DNA of 64,000 nucleotides. Origin: Thermoplasmata archaeon (GTDB lineage Archaea > Thermoplasmatota > Thermoplasmata > Lutacidiplasmatales > UBA184). The notes beneath the pieces are model-generated. The model worked only from the letters and a program-made list of their open reading frames with translations, was not told the origin of the DNA and did no database searches. Location: contig JAKAOF010000004.1 in NCBI GenBank assembly GCA_021823345.1, positions 15,055-79,054 on the forward strand, written 5' to 3'. A program made the position numbers and the translations under genes. Each line of letters begins with the position of its first letter. Positions within the stretch are counted from its first letter, which is position 1. Positions 57,867 to 64,000 of the stretch are shown here, piece after piece.

Positions 57867-59033
57867 GTGTCCCGAAAAGGCCGCGCGCCCCCCGCATCCG
57901 CAGACGGTGCTAAGCGGGGAATCCTTTTTCTGGAGGACGGCTCGATCTTCGAGGGCCAGGGGATCGGGGCCTCCACGACCACGGCCGGAGAAGTGGTCTT
58001 CACCACCGGGATGGCGGGGTATCCCGAATCCATCACGGACCCTTCGTATCGCGGGCAGATCCTGCTGTTCACCTACCCCCTGATCGGGAACTATGGGGTT
58101 CCCGCCATCGATGGGAAGGACGCCTGGGGATTGCCCATCGGGCTGGAGTCCCGAGAGGTACAGCCCCGGGCCGTACTGATCCGTTCGGAGACCTCCCCGC
58201 ACCACTGGCAGTCCGCCCTCTCCCTCGGCGATTGGCTCCGCAAGGCGGGGGTCCCGGGGATCTCCGGGATCGATACCCGTCGACTGACCGGGGTCCTCCG
58301 GAGCGGCGGGGTCCAACGGGGCCTCGTGGCCGTCGGACGGTCGTTGCCCTCCAAGGAAGAACTTCGGAAGGCGCTGGGCCGGGCCCCGAGTTACACGGAG
58401 GAGGAACTCGTGCGCGAGGTGGCCCCGCCGCGTCCCATCTGGATCAAGAGTGGAAAGAGCCACGCCCCGGCCGTGGCGGTGCTCGACTGCGGGTGCAAGG
58501 CGAGCATCTTCCGTTCGATCCTCCAGCGAGGGGTCGATGTGCTGCGGCTGCCGCCGGGAGTAGAGTTCCCCGAACGGTACGATGGCCGCCCGATCCGCGG
58601 GTATCTCTTGGGCAACGGCCCCGGGGACCCCACCCTCCTCCACGACGCGATCGAGTCGATCCGTTCCCGCCCGAAGCAACGGCCGCTGCTCGGGATCTGC
58701 CTCGGGCACCAGCTCCTGGCCTTGTCCGAGGGAGCCACCACGTACAAGATGAAGTTCGGCCACCGGGGCCAGAACAAGCCCGTCCTCTTCAACGAGCCGA
58801 AGGACCGCGGGTACATCCTTTCCGAGAACCACGGCTTCGCCGTGGACCCGGCCTCGCTCAAGGGGACCGGGCTCGTCCCCTGGGCCCTCGATCCCGATGA
58901 CGGGACCCTGGAGGGACTGCGTCGGACGGACGGCCGGGTGATGTGCGTGCAAGGGCACCCCGAAGGTTCCCCAGGCCCCAAGGAGGCCGGGTTCGTCTTT
59001 GACGAGTTCCTGCGGAGGGTGAAGTCCGCATGA
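57867..59033 (+). CDS. carA: Carbamoyl-phosphate synthase small subunit
   Basis: GEVVFTTGMAGY, TDPSY.GQI, GPGDP, GICLGHQ, HPEGSPGP. Confidence 0.97.
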   Translation: MSRKGRAPPASADGAKRGILFLEDGSIFEGQGIGASTTTAGEVVFTTGMAGYPESITDPSYRGQILLFTYPLIGNYGVPAIDGKDAWGLPIGLESREVQPRAVLIRSETSPHHWQSALSLGDWLRKAGVPGISGIDTRRLTGVLRSGGVQRGLVAVGRSLPSKEELRKALGRAPSYTEEELVREVAPPRPIWIKSGKSHAPAVAVLDCGCKASIFRSILQRGVDVLRLPPGVEFPERYDGRPIRGYLLGNGPGDPTLLHDAIESIRSRPKQRPLLGICLGHQLLALSEGATTYKMKFGHRGQNKPVLFNEPKDRGYILSENHGFAVDPASLKGTGLVPWALDPDDGTLEGLRRTDGRVMCVQGHPEGSPGPKEAGFVFDEFLRRVKSA

Positions 59034-62000
59034 GGACCGAGAATCCCCGGAAGGTCGCGGTGCTGGGAAGCGGCGCCCTTAAGATCGGGGAGGCCGGAGA
59101 GTTCGACTACTCGGGCAGCCAGTCGCTGAACGCGCTGACCGAGGAACACATCCCCTTCCTGGTGGTGAACCCGAACATCGCCACCCTGCAGACCGACACG
59201 CACGATGGGCGCAAGGTCTTCTTTGTCCCGGTGACCCCCGAGTTCGTCGAACCGATCCTCGAAAGCGAGGGGGTGGACGGGCTCTTCCTTTCCTTCGGCG
59301 GACAGAGTGCGCTCAACTGCGGCGTGGCGCTCGACGATCGCGGCATCCTCAAGCGGTTGGGGATCCAGGTGCTGGGGACCCCGGTCGATGCCATCCGCCA
59401 CACCGAGGACCGGAAGCTGTTTGCGGAGCTCATGGAGCGGTGCGGCGTCCCGGTCCTCAAGAGCCACGCGGTGTATTCCGTGGAGGAAGCGAGGGCCACC
59501 GCGAAGGAACTGGGATATCCCCTGATCTCCCGGGTCGCCTACACGCTGGGAGGCAAGGGAGGAGGGATCGTACGGACCCCCGATGACCTCGAAAGCGTCT
59601 GCGGGCGAGGACTGCGGATCAGCCCGGTGCACCAGATCCTGCTCGAGCGGTACGTGGGCCAGTTCAAGCAGATCGAGTACGAGGTGATCCGGGACCGGGG
59701 AGGCGATTCCCTCACCGTGTGCAACATGGAGAACGTGCTCAGCATGCGGGTCCACACGGGGGACAACATCGTGGTGGCCCCGTCCCAGACCCTCACCGAC
59801 ACGGAGTACCAGATGCTCCGCGCGGCGGCGCTCCGGGCGGTGGCCGGGGCGGGCATTGTCGGTGAGTGCAACATCCAGTTCGCCCTCGACCCCGAGAGCG
59901 AGGAGTACTTCGCCATCGAGATCAACGCGCGGCTCTCCCGGTCGAGCGCGCTCGCCAGCAAGGCGACCGGCTATCCAATTGCGTACGTGGCGGCAAAGCT
60001 CGCGCTGGGTTACCGCCTTTCGGAGCTCAAGAACCGGGTGACGGGGAAGACCACGGCCTTCTTCGAACCCGCGCTCGACTACGTGGTGGTCAAGCACCCG
60101 CGATGGGACCTCGAGAAGTTCCCCCGCGCAGATCGCCAGCTGGGACCCACGATGAAGTCCGTCGGCGAATCGATGGGCGTGGGAGGCTCCTTCCGCGAGG
60201 CGCTCCTCAAGGCCCAGCGGATGGTGAACCCGACGACGGACGTGGTGGCCCCGGAGACGATCCGCCCCCGGGAGGAGATCCTGAACGATCTCCGGGCCCC
60301 CAAGCCCGACATCTTGCGGACCGTGATGGAGGCGTTCGCCGCCGGATTTTCCGAGGAGGCGGTCGCCCGGGAGACGTGGATCGACCCCTGGTTCGTCCGA
60401 GAGCTCGGCGACCTCCACCGGATCTCCGAACAGCTCGGACGGCGTCCGCTTTCGACCCTCTCGAAAGAGCGGATGTTGGAGGCCAAGCGGAGCGGACTCT
60501 CCGATGCCGGCATCGCCGGGATCATGGGCGAGAGCGAGGAGAAGGTCCGGCGCCGGAGAAAGGCCCTCGGTGTGGCCCCGGTGACCCGGATGATCGACAC
60601 CTTGGCGAACGAATGGCCCGCCCGGACCAACTACCTTTACCTGACGTACTGGGGGGATACCGACGACGTCCCGCCCATGGCCCACGGGAGCATCCTGGTC
60701 CTCGGGGCAGGACCGTACCGCATCGGCAGCTCGGTCGAGTTCGACTGGTCCACCATGAACCTGGTGGAGGCGTTGCGGGAGGAGGGGGTGTCGAGCGTGG
60801 CCGTGCTCAATTCCAACCCGGAGACCGTCTCGACGGACTATGACCGGTCGGACCGGCTGTACTTCGACGAGATCTCGCTCGAGCGGGTCCGGGACATCAT
60901 CGAGAAGGAGCGGTTCAAGGGACTGGTGACCTCGGTCGGGAGCCAGCTCGCCCAGAACCTGACCCCGCACCTGGCCCGCCACGGGGTCCGCATCCTCGGC
61001 ACGTCGAGCGCCTCGATCGAGGCGGCGGAGGACCGCACCGCCTTCTCCACCATCGTCGAGAAGGAGGGGATCCCGCAGCCGCCGTGGAGGACGTTCTCCC
61101 GGCTCGAGGACGCCCGGGCCTTCGCCCAAGAGGTGGGCTACCCCGTACTGGTCCGCCCCTCCTTTGTCCTGAGCGGTCGGGCGATGCGGGTCATTCCGGG
61201 GGAAGCGGACCTCGAGCGTTTCCTGCGGGAGGCGGCCGAGGTCTCTCGAGAGCACCCCGTCGTGCTGAGCAAGTTCATCGAAGGGGCCATGGAGATCGAT
61301 CTCGACGCCGTCTCCGACGGGCACCGGACGCTCGTGGCCGGGATCCTCGAGCATGTGGAGAACGCGGGAGTGCATTCGGGGGATGCCATCATGGTCCTAC
61401 CGCCCCGTCTCACCCCGCATCATGTCCAGGAGAAGCTCATCGAGATCGCACGGCGGCTCGGACGCAAGCTCCGGGTCCGGGGGCCGTTCAACCTCCAGTT
61501 CCTGGTCCGCGGGGAGGAGGCCTTCGTGATCGAGATGAACCTGCGGGCCTCCCGTTCCCTCCCCTTTGCGACCAAGGCGAGCGGCTATCCCCTCCACCGA
61601 GAGGTGGCGCGGGCCATCCTGGGGAAGCCGTTGAGCCGGGACGGGATGGTGCTCCCCCCGTTCGGGCGTTGGGGGGTCAAGGCTCCCCAGTTCTCCTTCT
61701 TCCAGGTCGACCGGGCCGACCCGCTGCTCGGGGTCGAGATGCAATCCACCGGAGAGGTGGCCTGCTTTGGACCGACCTTCGCCGACGCCTTCGTCAAGGC
61801 CATGGTGGCCACCGGGGTCAAGGTGGTGCGCGAGGGAGGGGAAGTGTTCCTCTCCGTCGGTGGACCGGAGCTCAAGGAGCGGATCTTACCGGGAGCCATC
61901 GCCATGGAACGGCTCGGTTTCCGGATCTCGGCGACGGAGGACACGGCGGAGTTCCTGCGCGCGCGGGGGGTTCGGGCGGTCCGCACCCTCTACAAGCTCA

Positions 62001-62464
62001 TGGAACCCGAGCGCCAGCCGAACCTCAAGGATGCGCTGGCGGCGGGAGAGATCGACCTCGTGGTCAATGTCGCTTCCTCCTTCACCCAAGAGAAGCTCGA
62101 GCGCATGCTCGAGGACGATTACACGCTCCGGAGGATGTCCGTGGAGCTCGCTCTCCCCCTGTTCACGAGCGTGGAGACCTTCCTCGCCTACGTCGAGGGG
62201 CTCTCCTGGTTGCGAGAGCACCCCGTGAGCACGGAAGCGCTCGGACTCGCCTCGCGGACCCGTTCACTGAACCAACCAAGGAGCGTGGCCCTGAGGACCA
62301 CCGCCTCGACGGTGCGGGAAAGAACCGCGGCCCGTCCGGGGAGTCCCGGGGCGGATTCGGAGAAGGGAACGTCGCAGGCCACGTCCATGAGCACGAGCCC
62401 TTCCGGAGGGGCGAGCGGGACGGAGAGCGCCCGCGCACCGTCCAACGCCTCCCGCACGGATTGA
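59030..62464 (+). CDS. carB: Carbamoyl-phosphate synthase large subunit
   Basis: GEFDYSG, RLSRSSALASKATGYP, IGSSVEFDW, NPETVSTDYD, two ATP-grasp domains, MGS domain. Extended C-terminus. Confidence 0.97.
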   Translation: MRTENPRKVAVLGSGALKIGEAGEFDYSGSQSLNALTEEHIPFLVVNPNIATLQTDTHDGRKVFFVPVTPEFVEPILESEGVDGLFLSFGGQSALNCGVALDDRGILKRLGIQVLGTPVDAIRHTEDRKLFAELMERCGVPVLKSHAVYSVEEARATAKELGYPLISRVAYTLGGKGGGIVRTPDDLESVCGRGLRISPVHQILLERYVGQFKQIEYEVIRDRGGDSLTVCNMENVLSMRVHTGDNIVVAPSQTLTDTEYQMLRAAALRAVAGAGIVGECNIQFALDPESEEYFAIEINARLSRSSALASKATGYPIAYVAAKLALGYRLSELKNRVTGKTTAFFEPALDYVVVKHPRWDLEKFPRADRQLGPTMKSVGESMGVGGSFREALLKAQRMVNPTTDVVAPETIRPREEILNDLRAPKPDILRTVMEAFAAGFSEEAVARETWIDPWFVRELGDLHRISEQLGRRPLSTLSKERMLEAKRSGLSDAGIAGIMGESEEKVRRRRKALGVAPVTRMIDTLANEWPARTNYLYLTYWGDTDDVPPMAHGSILVLGAGPYRIGSSVEFDWSTMNLVEALREEGVSSVAVLNSNPETVSTDYDRSDRLYFDEISLERVRDIIEKERFKGLVTSVGSQLAQNLTPHLARHGVRILGTSSASIEAAEDRTAFSTIVEKEGIPQPPWRTFSRLEDARAFAQEVGYPVLVRPSFVLSGRAMRVIPGEADLERFLREAAEVSREHPVVLSKFIEGAMEIDLDAVSDGHRTLVAGILEHVENAGVHSGDAIMVLPPRLTPHHVQEKLIEIARRLGRKLRVRGPFNLQFLVRGEEAFVIEMNLRASRSLPFATKASGYPLHREVARAILGKPLSRDGMVLPPFGRWGVKAPQFSFFQVDRADPLLGVEMQSTGEVACFGPTFADAFVKAMVATGVKVVREGGEVFLSVGGPELKERILPGAIAMERLGFRISATEDTAEFLRARGVRAVRTLYKLMEPERQPNLKDALAAGEIDLVVNVASSFTQEKLERMLEDDYTLRRMSVELALPLFTSVETFLAYVEGLSWLREHPVSTEALGLASRTRSLNQPRSVALRTTASTVRERTAARPGSPGADSEKGTSQATSMSTSPSGGASGTESARAPSNASRTD

Positions 62465-63108
62465 CGGGAGAGCCGGCCCTTCGAAACGAGTTCGGCCGCG
62501 GCGACCATCTTGCGTACCTGTCCCCACAGGAAGGAGGGGGCCACGATGTCGATCTGGACGAAGCCGGCGAGGGCCCGGGTGCGGATCCGGGTGACCGTAC
62601 GACGAGTCTCCCGCGGAGGGGAGTCTCGTCGGGAGAACGAGGTGAAGTCGTGCCGCCCCACGAACTCCTGGAGGGTCTCCCCCAAGGCGGCGACGTCCTC
62701 CGTTCCCTCCGTCCGGGGAAGCAAGTAGCGATACCAGCGCTCCCGCGTCACGATCGGGTTGAAGTCCGGGGGAACGGCAGCCCAACCGAAGCAGAATATC
62801 CGCGGGTCGAGCGAGTTGAGTATTCGCGCAAGCCGGGCGCCGTCGACGTGGGGTTCCTCCAAGGTGATGACATTGCCGAGGGCGTGCACTCCGCGGTCCG
62901 TCCGGCTGGCCACGGGGATCCGGTGCCCGCGGGTGAAGACCCGGCGACGATGGAGCTCGTCCAGGATCACCCCCTCCACCGTGGGCTTTCCCGGCTGTCG
63001 AGCGAACCCGTAGAGCCCCTCGCTCAGGTAACCGATCTTGAATGCCCAGGTGCGATGCGAGCGGTCCTCGATAGGATCCCCGGAGTTCCGAGGCCGAGCG
63101 TCCCCCAT
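62188..63108 (-). CDS. truA: tRNA pseudouridine(38-40) synthase
   Basis: GFARQP, SRTDRGVHA, GRHDFTSF, FLWGQVRKMV, APPEGLVL. Confidence 0.95.
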   Translation of the reverse strand: MGDARPRNSGDPIEDRSHRTWAFKIGYLSEGLYGFARQPGKPTVEGVILDELHRRRVFTRGHRIPVASRTDRGVHALGNVITLEEPHVDGARLARILNSLDPRIFCFGWAAVPPDFNPIVTRERWYRYLLPRTEGTEDVAALGETLQEFVGRHDFTSFSRRDSPPRETRRTVTRIRTRALAGFVQIDIVAPSFLWGQVRKMVAAAELVSKGRLSRQSVREALDGARALSVPLAPPEGLVLMDVACDVPFSESAPGLPGRAAVLSRTVEAVVLRATLLGWFSERVREASPSASVLTGCSRNQESPST

Positions 63109-63119
63109 GCGGGAGCGAC

Positions 63120-63791
63120 CTAGATCGGGAGCTTGGTGATCGTGTACTCGGGGACCATGGTCGAGGTGTCCTCGACACCGCCCACCTTGGCCACCTTGTC
63201 GATGATGAAATCGAGCACGCTGCGCTTGCTGGCGCCTTCCCGCGGCGGGAACTCCATCATCACCAAGAGGTCCCAGTCGCCGGTGATGACGTGGACCTCC
63301 TTGACCTCGGGGAAGGCGAGGAGGGCACGTCGTACCCGGTCGATGTCGTTCGTCCGCACCTTGAGGTAACTGAAGGAGCGTTGGAAGGTCGGCTCGGCCG
63401 GCATGGCGTCGGCGAGCTTCTCGTGCGTGAAGGCTTCCGATCCCTCGAGGCGGGCGGGAGTACCGGGCACCATGAGGACCGGGAAGCGCTCCACTCCCCG
63501 CACGTGCTGCTCGAGCATCTGCGTGAGCGGATTCGACTTTCCGAGGTCCGTGAGCTTGATGGCGTAGCCGCGCTTTGCGGCGACTTCCTCCGCAAGGGCG
63601 ACCGCGCGGGCCTGCTCGTCGGAGAGCATGAACTCCACTTGGGCGTCCCCGGAGTTGGGGGAAGAGGTTGCAACCCCCGCCGTGTCGGCGGGGGCTGCCA
63701 TCTGGTTGCCTTGCGGGCGATAGAACGAGGTCACGACCTTACGGCTCTTGACGTAGAGGTGAGCCTCGGGGGGGGACTTGTTCTCGTGCAT
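63120..63791 (-). CDS. Protein with C-terminal Lrp/AsnC ligand-binding domain
   Basis: PEVKEVHVITGDWDLLV..GVEDTST at the C-terminus. The N-terminal domain is not an HTH. Confidence 0.8.
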   Translation of the reverse strand: MHENKSPPEAHLYVKSRKVVTSFYRPQGNQMAAPADTAGVATSSPNSGDAQVEFMLSDEQARAVALAEEVAAKRGYAIKLTDLGKSNPLTQMLEQHVRGVERFPVLMVPGTPARLEGSEAFTHEKLADAMPAEPTFQRSFSYLKVRTNDIDRVRRALLAFPEVKEVHVITGDWDLLVMMEFPPREGASKRSVLDFIIDKVAKVGGVEDTSTMVPEYTITKLPI

Positions 63792-63837
63792 CGTCCGTTA
63801 CGCTCCCAGTTCGGTCGGTTCGTTCCGAAGATCGGAC

Positions 63838-64000
63838 CTAGAACCGGCGTGGGCGGTCGCGGCCGCGGTCGTCGCCGCCTCGGCCATATCCACCACCGCC
63901 GCCGCCGCCACCGAAGTTGCGGCGCTCGGACATGAATTCCTGCTGGCTCATGTCGACACTCGAGTTCACGGTGTCGATCGGAGTGGGCGAGGGGTTCATG
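63838..64000 (-). CDS. 3' end of a gene with a Gly/Arg-rich tail (partial)
   Basis: ...SVDMSQQEFMSERRNFGGGGGGGYGRGGDDRGRDRPRRF*, stop at 63838-63840. RGG-like tail. Confidence 0.6.
   Translation of the reverse strand, partial: MNPSPTPIDTVNSSVDMSQQEFMSERRNFGGGGGGGGYGRGGDDRGRDRPRRF

Noticed and set aside
1..64000. tRNA, rRNA, CRISPR arrays, IS elements
   Set aside because: No T-loop/cloverleaf, regularly spaced repeats or transposase motifs were seen by eye. Small ncRNAs cannot be excluded.

Overview
GC-rich (roughly two-thirds by eye) archaeal DNA, judged from RpoP, type II GAPDH, DUF99, AlaX, a DUF835-like domain and TATA-led, mostly leaderless genes. It is most likely an uncultured Thermoplasmata lineage (inference). 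The left 38 kb holds two paralogous, partly rearranged type IV pilus/Tad-like gene sets. Each has a Zn-ribbon-headed secretion ATPase (copy A is cut by the left edge and missed by the ORF track), a stand-alone 7-Cys protein, a membrane-anchored beta-propeller/FN3 protein, small pilins, an Ig-fold major pilin and a giant (about 1550 aa) pilin-like protein. Only one TadC/PilC platform gene is visible, in copy B. Directly downstream of giant pilin B is a secreted 1342-aa protein combining a GH18-like barrel, a lysozyme/SLT-like domain (QESG..GILQ) and an Amidase_6/NlpC-P60-like domain (ECAHFVSN..GHV..DAH). This looks like a multi-domain peptidoglycan hydrolase in an organism that should lack peptidoglycan. 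The main hypothesis is a pilus-associated antibacterial or predation apparatus, but the link rests on gene neighbourhood only. The right 26 kb is mostly housekeeping: HAD phosphatase, valS, rpoP, ssb, gap, alaX, acyl-CoA dehydrogenase, carAB and truA. No tRNA, rRNA, CRISPR array or transposase was seen. All domain calls come from motifs read by eye and need HMM or structure confirmation.
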